Below the pieces are notes generated by a model. The model was given only the letters and a program-made list of their open reading frames with translations, did not search any database and was not told the origin of the DNA. The position numbers and the translations under genes are program-made. A DNA stretch of 24,000 bases from Dehalococcoidia bacterium UBA2777 (GTDB lineage Bacteria; Chloroflexota; Dehalococcoidia; UBA2247; UBA2777): assembly GCA_002352365.1 (NCBI GenBank), contig DEIJ01000175.1, positions 22,393 to 46,392 on the forward strand, written 5' to 3'. Below, piece by piece: positions 9,296 to 17,235 of the stretch (its first letter is position 1; each line of letters opens with the position of its first letter).

Positions 9296-9743
9296 TTTAA
9301 TTAGGTGTAAATACAGAGCCCCGCCAATCTAGCCACCTCTGTGAGAGCAAAACATAGTGCAGACTTGCGTCGACCGTTTTTTCTTAGGTTTATATCACCT
9401 CCTTGGCTCTGTTTTTGGCTATGGACCAGCCTCCTGTTCGTCGAGGCATAGCCTCCACATAATAATCTTCTGGGCCTGTGAAGTGCACTATGCTTTCATA
9501 TTATCTTCTTCTCACTTTGCCCGGGGGAACGGGGTGGAATGAAAACCACCTTTATAGAGTAGTAGTTATTTGGAGGGGTGAGCTTTTTGATAAAATCTTA
9601 AGCTTCCCGAGTAGCTGGTTGTTTTATCTCTGTGGCAATACACCCACCAGAAAGGGTAGTAGACTTCCCTTTCTCCGCAAAATAGAAGTACTCCCCTGCC
9701 ATGTTCCGCCAAGACAATGCGACCAGGGTCGATTAAGGGATGG
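9296..9743. other. Unassigned 448-nt non-coding region with several hairpins (candidate ncRNA, long leader or gene remnant)
   Basis: This is the largest gap in the window and has no credible ORF. Inverted repeats occur at 9649-9674 (8 bp, perfect), 9533-9550 and 9417-9453, the last competing with 9443-9455. AAGGAGGTGAT is present on the minus strand at 9404-9394. See findings. Confidence 0.3.
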
Positions 9744-10601
9744 CTAGCCAGAAGATCCAACTAACAGATCTGCCATCCCATGCTTAGCAAGACTAAGGAG
9801 TTGCTCTATGCATTCAAAGGGGACATTCGCCCCACCTATTGGTGTCTCATCATTCCCTTCTATCCCGTGAAAGTCGCTCCCCCCACAAGCAATAAGCCTA
9901 TATTTATGGGCCAGTGAGGCAAGGTATTTTACCACCTTAGGGGCGTAGCCATCATAATATACCTCAATGCCCACCAGCCCCACCCTTTGGAGCTGGGAGA
10001 GAGCCTGTTCCAGATGGTTAATATTTGCCGGGTGGGCTAGTACTGGTAAACCGCCTGATTTGGTCACCAGCTTTACCGCCTGGACTGGTGTTATCCTCTC
10101 CCGCTCGACATAGGCCGCCCCCCCCCGACCAATGTACTTAAGAAAGGCTTCCTTAACCGAAAGGACATAGCCTCGCTTCACCATTGCCTGGGCAATATGA
10201 GGGCGCCCCATTGAGCCTCCTCCAGCTAATTCTTGGACATGCTCCCAATCGATATAGATACCCAAATTGGCTAACTTTTCCACCATTTTTTGAGCTCGAG
10301 TTCGTCGCGAGTTGCGCAACTTTTGTAAAGTGTTTACCAGCTCAAGATCATGGTAATCAATAAAATAACCTAAAATATGTATCTCATCCTCAAGTGTGTT
10401 GGCACTAAGCTCTACACCGGGAATAACTTTAAGGGAGGGGAAATCCTTTGCCGCCAGCAAGGCAGGGGCAATTCCCTCTACAGAGTCATGATCGGTAATA
10501 GCCATGATGCCTAACCCTGAGCTCGCCGCGAGGCAAACAAGCGCCTCAGGGCTGAAGCGACCATCTGAAGCGGTGCTATGAAGGTGTAAGTCTACTTTCA
10601 C
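9744..10601 (-). CDS. PHP-domain metal-dependent phosphoesterase (TrpH/YciV, RNase AM-like)
   Basis: 285 aa with a GTG start. The N-terminal motif is MKVDLHLHSTASDGR, followed by ITDHDS and a later histidine motif (VLAHP); GGSDFHG lies near the C-terminus. Its SD (AGGGAGGTAG) lies inside the end of the upstream ymdB-like gene, and the gap is 3 nt. Confidence 0.87.
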   Translation of the reverse strand: MKVDLHLHSTASDGRFSPEALVCLAASSGLGIMAITDHDSVEGIAPALLAAKDFPSLKVIPGVELSANTLEDEIHILGYFIDYHDLELVNTLQKLRNSRRTRAQKMVEKLANLGIYIDWEHVQELAGGGSMGRPHIAQAMVKRGYVLSVKEAFLKYIGRGGAAYVERERITPVQAVKLVTKSGGLPVLAHPANINHLEQALSQLQRVGLVGIEVYYDGYAPKVVKYLASLAHKYRLIACGGSDFHGIEGNDETPIGGANVPFECIEQLLSLAKHGMADLLVGSSG

Positions 10602-10604
10602 TGT

Positions 10605-11369
10605 TTAGTCTACCTCCCTGTCGATGCGGTCGATGCTTATTGCCTTGCCGCTGGGGGCTATTTCTATCAGCACCGAATTGAATAACGTCCTTCCCCTCCC
10701 CACAATTAGGCGATGTGGTAGCTGAGTGAGAAAGCTATGAACTACTGCTTCAGAATCATCCCCGATCACGGAATCAATTGGCCCAACCATACCTATGTCG
10801 GTGATAAAGGCCGTGCCCTGAGGTAGAACCCGGGCATCAATGGTTCCCACATGGGTATGAGTCCCCACTAGAGCGCTAACTCGCCCATCAAGGTAGTGTC
10901 CCATAGCGTTCTTCTCTGAAGTCGCCTCGGCATGGAAATCGACGATAATGATGGGGGGCTTATTCTCAATTTCCTCAAGTAACCGATCTACAGCTCGAAA
11001 GGGACAATCAGCTTGGCCCATAAAAATACGCCCTACCAGATTGAGGATGAGCATCCCCTTTTTAATCAGATAGCCTCGCCCCGGGGCATAAGGGGAGTAA
11101 TTCAGGGGGCGCAGAATAGGTAACTCGCCATCAAGATAGGGAATAATCTCCTTTCGAGCCCAAATATGATTCCCTGAGGTCAGCACTTCGACACCGCAGT
11201 TGAGGATCTCCTCGGCTGTTTGTGGGGTTAGCCCCTTCCCCCCAGCAGCATTTTCGCCATTGGCGATAACCATACCCAGCCCCAGTTCACTGCGCAGGCC
11301 CGGCAGCAAGTTTTGCACTGCTTGTCTGCCCGGACGGCCAATTACATCGCCAATCATTAAAATCCGCAA
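10605..11369 (-). CDS. ymdB: YmdB-like metallophosphoesterase (2',3'-cyclic-nucleotide 2'-phosphodiesterase family, TIGR00282-like)
   Basis: 254 aa with a TTG start. MRILMIGDVIGRPGR, GENAAGGKG, SGNHIW and DFHAEATSEK match the YmdB family. It lies directly downstream of rny, as in Bacillus. Confidence 0.88.
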   Translation of the reverse strand: MRILMIGDVIGRPGRQAVQNLLPGLRSELGLGMVIANGENAAGGKGLTPQTAEEILNCGVEVLTSGNHIWARKEIIPYLDGELPILRPLNYSPYAPGRGYLIKKGMLILNLVGRIFMGQADCPFRAVDRLLEEIENKPPIIIVDFHAEATSEKNAMGHYLDGRVSALVGTHTHVGTIDARVLPQGTAFITDIGMVGPIDSVIGDDSEAVVHSFLTQLPHRLIVGRGRTLFNSVLIEIAPSGKAISIDRIDREVD

Positions 11370-11396
11370 ATAACTTCCCCGTAGGAATAGGGCTGG

Positions 11397-12920
11397 TTAC
11401 TTCGTGTAGCCTACTGCTCTTGTCTCCCTGATGATAGTGACCTTTATCTGCCCTGGATAGCTCAGGCCTTCCTCTATCTTTTGGGCGATATTCTGAGCGA
11501 GTCTAATTGCTACGAGGTCATCTACTTCATCCGGTTTGACTAAAACGCGAATCTCCCTACCAGCATAGACAGCATAGGATTTTTCCACCCCCGGAAAGCT
11601 GTTAGCTATGGACTCTAATGTCCCTAAGCGCTTAAGATAATGCTCCAGGGATTCACTTCTTGCTCCAGGCCTTGCGGCACTGATAGCATCAGCAGTGGAA
11701 ACAATAACCCCCTCTAAACTAGCAGCGTCGGCATCGCTGTGGTGTTCGGCAACAGCTTTAACTACCTCCGGTGACTTCTCCCACCGCTCAATGAGCTGAG
11801 CGCCAATGAGGGCGTGAGGACCATCGATCTCAAAATCCACCCCCTTACCGATGTCATGGAGCAGCCCTGCTTTCTTAGCAATACTAACCTTAGCCCCCAA
11901 CTCAGCAGCAATCATGCCAGCTAAGAGGGCGACCTCAATACTATGCATCAGCACATTCTGCCCGTAACTGGTACGATACTTGAGGCGTCCTAGTAACTTA
12001 ATAAGTTCGGGATGTAATCCTTGCACTCCCACCTTATACGCTGCTTGCTCCCCTTCATGCCGAATTGTAGTCTCTACTTCCGCCCTTGCCTTTTGCACCT
12101 CCTCTTCGATACGAGCAGGATGAATCCTGCCATCAAGAATTAGCCTGCTCAGGGAAAGTCGAGCAATTTCCCGACGCACTGGGTCAAAGCAGGAAAGGCT
12201 TACTACCTCAGGAGTATCGTCGATGATCAATTCCACTCCGGTAGCATGCTCCAAGGCCCTAATATTGCGCCCCTCGCGGCCAATGAGGCGCCCCTTCATC
12301 TCATCACTAGGCAGGGAAACCACAGAGACTGTAGCCTCAGCTACAACATCGGTAGCACAGCGCTGCATAGCTAAAACTAAGATTTGCCTGGCTCTCTCTT
12401 CAGCTTCCTCTTTCACTCGATTTTCCATCTCCCGAATGCGCCGGCTTGCCTCCTCACCGATCTCACCCTCCATCCTCTGAATTAAAACTTCCTTTGCCTC
12501 TGCAGAGGACATGACAGCAATTAACTCCAGTTGCTTCTCTTCCTTCTGTTTCAACTCCTTCACCCGGGTGCGAACATTCTCCACCTCTTTCTCCTTGGCG
12601 GAGAGATTATACTCACGACGCTCGATAGCTTCAAACCGCCGTGCTAAGCTTTCTTCCCTTTGGGCAAGGTGTCTCTCCTCATGCTGAATTTCACTACGAC
12701 GCCCACGATACTCAGCTTCTGCCGCCGCCTTGATTTTGAGAGCCTCCTCCTTTGTTTCTAGAAGGATCTCCTTTTGCGTGTTATTGGCCTCAGCGATGAG
12801 CTCTTGAGCTTTCCCCCGGGCCACAGCAAGCTTCCGACCAGCTATCATCCGACTAGCAAAGAGCGCTATTACACCCCCCAAAATAAGACAAGCCAAACCA
12901 AGGATTAAATCAATAAACAT
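11397..12920 (-). CDS. rny: Ribonuclease Y
   Basis: 507 aa. It has an N-terminal TM helix ([21 protein letters not shown]), a long charged coiled-coil, a KH domain ([15 protein letters not shown]) and an HD domain (AGLLHDIGK...EHH). A strong SD (AGAGGAGGGA) precedes the ATG. Confidence 0.93.
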   Translation of the reverse strand: MFIDLILGLACLILGGVIALFASRMIAGRKLAVARGKAQELIAEANNTQKEILLETKEEALKIKAAAEAEYRGRRSEIQHEERHLAQREESLARRFEAIERREYNLSAKEKEVENVRTRVKELKQKEEKQLELIAVMSSAEAKEVLIQRMEGEIGEEASRRIREMENRVKEEAEERARQILVLAMQRCATDVVAEATVSVVSLPSDEMKGRLIGREGRNIRALEHATGVELIIDDTPEVVSLSCFDPVRREIARLSLSRLILDGRIHPARIEEEVQKARAEVETTIRHEGEQAAYKVGVQGLHPELIKLLGRLKYRTSYGQNVLMHSIEVALLAGMIAAELGAKVSIAKKAGLLHDIGKGVDFEIDGPHALIGAQLIERWEKSPEVVKAVAEHHSDADAASLEGVIVSTADAISAARPGARSESLEHYLKRLGTLESIANSFPGVEKSYAVYAGREIRVLVKPDEVDDLVAIRLAQNIAQKIEEGLSYPGQIKVTIIRETRAVGYTK

Positions 12921-13023
12921 TCCCTCCTCTCTTTCTATACTGCCAGGATGGGGGTGAACTAAATGCCTCTACTAACAATTTACCCTGGTTAAAGCTTAAT
13001 GTCAAACCGCTGCGCCGCCCTGG

Positions 13024-13053
13024 TTGGCAAAATACTACCTTTCGAGATAAAAT
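13024..13053 (+). promoter_or_regulatory. Sigma-70-like promoter candidate for purL
   Basis: TTGGCA (13024-13029), an 18-nt spacer, then TAAAAT (13048-13053), about 18 nt upstream of the ATG at 13071. It lies inside the track's N-terminal extension of purL, which argues against the 12999 start. Confidence 0.3.
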
Positions 13054-13070
13054 CTACCTTGGGGCAAGGA

Positions 13071-15272
13071 ATGGATAAAGAAGTACTCGCTGAAATCGCC
13101 TTAACTGAAAATGAATACCAGCTCATCCTAGAGCAGCTAGGAAGGGAGCCGAATATTGTGGAACTGGGAATGTTTGGAGCACTATGGAGTGAGCACTGCG
13201 GCTACAAGCACTCTAAGTCCTTGCTTAAACTCTTCCCTACCACGGGCAAAGAGGTATTGATCAGCATTGTTGAGGAGAATGCAGGCGCAGCAGATATAGG
13301 TGATGGGCTCTGCGTAGTAATGAAGATGGAATCTCACAATCATCCTTCAGCTATAGAGCCATTTCAAGGAGCAGCTACCGGTGTAGGGGGTATTGTTAGA
13401 GATATTTTTACCATGGGAGCAAGACCTGTAGCTCTACTTAACTCACTGCGTTTTGGCTACCTGAATAGTCTGCGAAACCGGTATCTTTTCGATGGTGTAG
13501 TCGGAGGGATTGCAGCTTATGGCAATTGCTTAGGCATCCCTGATGTTGGCGGTGAGGTATTTTTCTCACCATCATATTCAGCCAACCCGGTGGTCAATGT
13601 CATGTGTATCGGCCTTGTCCAAATAGAGGAACTGGTTAAGGCTCAGGGCAAACCAGGCGATATTCTGATGCTGGCCGGTGCCGACACTGGGCGAGATGGG
13701 CTCCATGGCGCTTCAGGATTAGCCTCACGAACCTTCGAGCAGGAACGGGAACTGAGGTCTACTATCCAGGTAGGTAACCCTTTTTTGGAGAAATCGCTTA
13801 TCGAGGCGTGCCTCGAGTTAGCCAACACAGATTGGGTGGGGGGGATTCAGGATCTGGGAGCTGCTGGGCTCACTTCCGCGGCTATAGAGACTGCAGCAAG
13901 ATCAAGAAGTGGCGTCCAGATCAATGTGCTCAAAGTCCCCCGCCGCGAGGGGGGGATGACCCCTTATGAAGTTATGCTCTCTGAATCTCAGGAACGGATG
14001 TTAATCATGGTAAACAAAGGCTGCGCTGATAAAGTAGACTCACTCTTCAAGCGCTGGGATCTTGGTTGTGACATCATTGGCTCCCTTACCGATGATGGTA
14101 TGGTCCGGGTGACAGAGGGAGAGAAGCTGGTAGCTGAGGTCCCCATCGAACTTCTTACCACCCCCCCTTTATACCAAACCCCGTGTAGGAAACCAGCTTG
14201 GCTTCGCCACATCCAGAATTTCAACTTTGATACTATCCCCGATCTACCCCCCAGGGGGTGCAACTCTGTGCTCATGAAGCTCCTTTGCTCCCCTAATATC
14301 GCCTCTAAGCAGTGGATTTATCGCCAGTATGATCATCAGGTGCAAATCAACACTGTAATCCCCCCCGGTGGTGATGCTGCACTATTGCGCATTAAAGGTA
14401 ACCAAAAAGGCATCGCCTTAACCACTGATGGCAATGGGCGGTATTGTTACCTCTGCCCATTTAGCGGAGGGGCTATTGCCGTAGCTGAGGCAGCCCGCAA
14501 CTTGGTTTGTACCGGTGCAAAGCCTATAGCTATTACCGATTGTCTCAACTTTGGTAACCCGGAAAAGCCCGAAATTTATTACCAGCTTAAGGAGTGTATT
14601 AGAGGTATGGCCAAGGCGTGTCGAGTGCTTGGCATCCCGGTTATCAGTGGTAACGTCAGCCTTTATAATGAAACTAAAGGTGAGGCTATTTATCCTACCC
14701 CGGTAGTAGGTATGATGGGGTTGGTTGAGAACATAGCTCAGCGATGTAGCATGGAATTTAAGCACCAGGGTGACCTAGTGTTTCTATTAGGAGGGGATGA
14801 AGATGAGACTCGAGGGCTGGGGGGAAGCGAATACCTAGCGGCGGTACATGGCATAGTGGCGGGGAAGCCATCGATCAACCTCGATTTGGAGAAGCGGGTG
14901 CAGCAATGTTGCCTTAGTCTAGTAAAGCAAGGTTTAGTTAACTCAGCCCATGACTGCTCTGATGGGGGTGTGGCGGTAACTTTAGCTGAGTGTTGCCTTG
15001 AAGGAAGCATTGGCTTTGCGGGAAGCTGGGAACTTGGAGAAAGAGTGGATGCCAATCTTTTTGGCGAGTTTCAGTCACAGATCATAGTCTCGGTTGCCCC
15101 CGAGAAGATGCCTCAACTTGAGGAGATCACCACTAAATATAGAGTTCCTCTCCAAAGGCTAGGGGCTGTAGGTGGCAAGCGCTTGGTTATTGAAGGGCTT
15201 ATAGACTTGCCCCTGGAGCAAATAGACCAGGGGTGGCGGAATGGCCTGGAACAAGCATTAAATAGTTTATGA
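13071..15272 (+). CDS. purL: Phosphoribosylformylglycinamidine synthase subunit PurL (FGAM synthase II, small type)
   Basis: The track ORF is 12999..15272. From the ATG at 13071 the protein reads MDKEVLAEIALTENEYQLILEQLGREPNIVELGMFGALWSEHCGYKHSK, the canonical small-PurL N-terminus. It also has ESHNHPSAIEPFQGAATGVGG and the duplicated AIR-synthase-like fold. Confidence 0.93.
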   Translation: MDKEVLAEIALTENEYQLILEQLGREPNIVELGMFGALWSEHCGYKHSKSLLKLFPTTGKEVLISIVEENAGAADIGDGLCVVMKMESHNHPSAIEPFQGAATGVGGIVRDIFTMGARPVALLNSLRFGYLNSLRNRYLFDGVVGGIAAYGNCLGIPDVGGEVFFSPSYSANPVVNVMCIGLVQIEELVKAQGKPGDILMLAGADTGRDGLHGASGLASRTFEQERELRSTIQVGNPFLEKSLIEACLELANTDWVGGIQDLGAAGLTSAAIETAARSRSGVQINVLKVPRREGGMTPYEVMLSESQERMLIMVNKGCADKVDSLFKRWDLGCDIIGSLTDDGMVRVTEGEKLVAEVPIELLTTPPLYQTPCRKPAWLRHIQNFNFDTIPDLPPRGCNSVLMKLLCSPNIASKQWIYRQYDHQVQINTVIPPGGDAALLRIKGNQKGIALTTDGNGRYCYLCPFSGGAIAVAEAARNLVCTGAKPIAITDCLNFGNPEKPEIYYQLKECIRGMAKACRVLGIPVISGNVSLYNETKGEAIYPTPVVGMMGLVENIAQRCSMEFKHQGDLVFLLGGDEDETRGLGGSEYLAAVHGIVAGKPSINLDLEKRVQQCCLSLVKQGLVNSAHDCSDGGVAVTLAECCLEGSIGFAGSWELGERVDANLFGEFQSQIIVSVAPEKMPQLEEITTKYRVPLQRLGAVGGKRLVIEGLIDLPLEQIDQGWRNGLEQALNSL

Positions 15273-15282
15273 GGAGGTGGAG

Positions 15283-17220
15283 ATGAATGAGTTGGAATAT
15301 TTGTTTATACCAATAAGGATAGGCGATATGGAGCTTAAGAACAGAATTGTGATGGCACCTATGGGCACAGGTTTCGCTGCTGAAGATGGTTCGGTGACTC
15401 AGCAGCTGATCGATTATTATGTGGAGAGAGCCAAAGGTGGAGTAGGTTTAATAATTGTCGAAGCCTGTTGCATCGATGCCCCCGAAGGGAGGGCTGGCTT
15501 TTCTGAACTAATCGTGGACAATGATAAGTATATTCCCGGGCTAAGCAGGTTAGTAGATGCCATTCATGCCCAAGGAGCCAAGGTATTACTTCAACTGGCT
15601 CACGCTGGGAGATATGGTTACTCTCGCTGGACCGGGATACAGCCGGTAGCTCCTTCCCCCATCCCTTCCCGCTATACCAAGGAAATGCCCAGAGAATTGA
15701 GTACTGCCGAGGTTGAAGCTATCATAGAGAAGTTTGCCCAGGGAGCTAGAAGGGCAAAAGAGGCGGGGTTTGATGGGGTGGAACTGATGGGCTCTACCGG
15801 CTATTTAATCAGTCAATTTATGTCCTCCCTCACCAATAAAAGAACCGATAGATTTGGCGGTGATACCTCATCGCGGGCAACCTTTGTGGTTGAAATCATC
15901 CACAGCATCAGGGAAAAAGTAGGCTTCCCCATCTGCTGCAAGTTTAGTGTTGATGAATACCTACCTGGGGGTAATACTGTTGAGGATTCAAAGATTATCG
16001 CTCGCCGAATGGGGCAGGCAGGAGTGAGCATGCTCCATGCCTGGGCAGGTTGGCATGAATCCCCTGAACCGATGCTGCCCATGTCAGTAAAGCGAGGAGC
16101 TTTCGTCCCTCTAGCCGAAGCCATCAAGGGGGTGGCCAGTGTGCCAGTAATCGCCGTGGGCAGGATCAATGACCCCAGGCTTGCCGCCCAGATTATCAAA
16201 GATAAAAGAGCTGATCTGGTAGCCATGGGCAGACCACTTTTAGCTGATCCCTACCTCCCCAAGAAGGCCGCCGCAGGGGATTTGGCCGATATAAGAATGT
16301 GTATTGCTTGCTGTCGCTGCTTTGATGTTCTCATGGAGGCGATGAGAAGGGGGAAAGGTGAGCAGAGCCTGGTTTGTGCCCTGAATGCCGAACTGGGGAG
16401 AGAAGGTGAAAAGGGATTACAAACCACCTCGCTAGCCAAGAAGGTTCTCATTGTCGGCGGTGGTCCGGCGGGAATGGAAGCAGCCCGAGTTTGCGCCATT
16501 CGAGGGCATAAGGTAACTCTGTGGGATAAAAGTGACCGGCTGGGGGGAAAGCTGATATTGGCCCAAGTTCCCCCTTACAAAGAGGAGATCAGTAATTTGA
16601 TTTCTTATTTAAGCTATCAAATGCAGAAACTAGGGGTCGGAGTGGAGTTGAATAAAGAAGTCACCCCCCAATCCGTCTTGGATGAGAAGGCTGATGAGGT
16701 AATCATTGCCACTGGCGCCTCGCCTCTAATCCCCGACATTTCTGGCGTGGAGAAAGGGATGGTCATCTCTGCTTTAGATGTTCTCCGTGGTGAAGATGGA
16801 GTTGGTGAGAAAGTGGTAGTTATTGGTGGCGGAATGGTTGGCTGTGAGACGGGGGAATTTCTGGCCAGCAAGGGCAAAAAGGTGACCATACTGGCCAGGC
16901 GTGAAAGGATAGGCCAGGATATCGGGCCCACTACCCGATGGGTGGTGCTAAAAAGGCTCTATGAGAGTGGAATTGAGATATCGACCTCAACCCAGGTTGA
17001 AAGTATCGCCGACGATGGGATAATCGTGAACAAAGATGGAGAAACAAGGAAGATTGAGGCGGATTCGGTAGTACTTGCCAGGGGTTTGGTACCCGATCAG
17101 AAGCTATGGGAGGCATTAAAAGACAAGCTTCCTCAATTGCATCTAATCGGTGATTGCTTCCAAGTGAACAAAATATTAGAGGCAATTCACAGGGGGTGGG
17201 AAGTTGGCTGCAAAGTATAA
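15283..17220 (+). CDS. Old Yellow Enzyme-family NADH:flavin oxidoreductase fused to an FAD/NAD(P)-binding domain (2,4-dienoyl-CoA reductase/enoate reductase-like)
   Basis: It has an N-terminal OYE TIM barrel (LKNRIVMAPMGT, LQLAHAGR). A Cys cluster (CIACCRC...C) is consistent with a 4Fe-4S site. Two dinucleotide motifs are present (VLIVGGGPAGMEAA and VVVIGGGMVGCE). The ATG at 15283 lies 5 nt after GAGGAGG (15271-15277), which overlaps the purL TGA. The track start is the GTG at 15277. Confidence 0.87.
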   Translation: MNELEYLFIPIRIGDMELKNRIVMAPMGTGFAAEDGSVTQQLIDYYVERAKGGVGLIIVEACCIDAPEGRAGFSELIVDNDKYIPGLSRLVDAIHAQGAKVLLQLAHAGRYGYSRWTGIQPVAPSPIPSRYTKEMPRELSTAEVEAIIEKFAQGARRAKEAGFDGVELMGSTGYLISQFMSSLTNKRTDRFGGDTSSRATFVVEIIHSIREKVGFPICCKFSVDEYLPGGNTVEDSKIIARRMGQAGVSMLHAWAGWHESPEPMLPMSVKRGAFVPLAEAIKGVASVPVIAVGRINDPRLAAQIIKDKRADLVAMGRPLLADPYLPKKAAAGDLADIRMCIACCRCFDVLMEAMRRGKGEQSLVCALNAELGREGEKGLQTTSLAKKVLIVGGGPAGMEAARVCAIRGHKVTLWDKSDRLGGKLILAQVPPYKEEISNLISYLSYQMQKLGVGVELNKEVTPQSVLDEKADEVIIATGASPLIPDISGVEKGMVISALDVLRGEDGVGEKVVVIGGGMVGCETGEFLASKGKKVTILARRERIGQDIGPTTRWVVLKRLYESGIEISTSTQVESIADDGIIVNKDGETRKIEADSVVLARGLVPDQKLWEALKDKLPQLHLIGDCFQVNKILEAIHRGWEVGCKV

Positions 17221-17235
17221 ACCTCAATCGATAGC

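Noticed and set aside
9417-9460. tRNA or tmRNA-like minihelix (7-bp stem GGCTATG/CATAGCC followed by TCCACA)
   Set aside because: The inner arm has a 9-nt loop without the T-loop consensus. There are no D or anticodon arms, no CCA end, no 5' GGGG...acceptor partner far upstream, and no tag-peptide ORF.
9630-9680. Cobalamin-riboswitch-like fragments (AGGGAA, GCCACAG)
   Set aside because: The B12-box would be GCCACTG. The GGTGAAAATCC-type core and the surrounding helices are absent, so only isolated short matches remain.
9357-9760. Three small ORFs in the 448-nt gap (9357-9542 +, 9478-9747 +, 9566-9760 -), plus a 34-codon ATG ORF on the minus strand (9702-9598, MAGEYFYFAEKGKSTTLSGGCIATEIKQPATREA)
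   Set aside because: They overlap each other, mostly use GTG/TTG starts without an SD, and match no family that I recognise. I cannot support any of them as a gene, so the region is reported as unassigned instead.
12921-13070. ZTP/purine riboswitch or PurBox upstream of purL, including CGCCGCCCTGGTTGGC and an 8-bp direct repeat CCCTGGTT (12983-12990, 13018-13025)
   Set aside because: The 5' ZTP subdomain (GGGUCGUGA-type) and the purine-riboswitch junction sequences are absent. The 3'-like match overlaps the putative -35. The Bacillus PurBox consensus (AWWWCCGAACWWT) is not matched. The short direct repeat could be chance in 150 nt.
12999-13070. N-terminal extension of purL in the ORF track (also 8748-8801 for rpsO, 15277 for the OYE-like gene, 20906 for htrA, 3363-3380 for ppsA)
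   Set aside because: The internal starts give canonical family N-termini and have better SD or promoter context. The extensions add non-homologous residues or overlap putative promoters.
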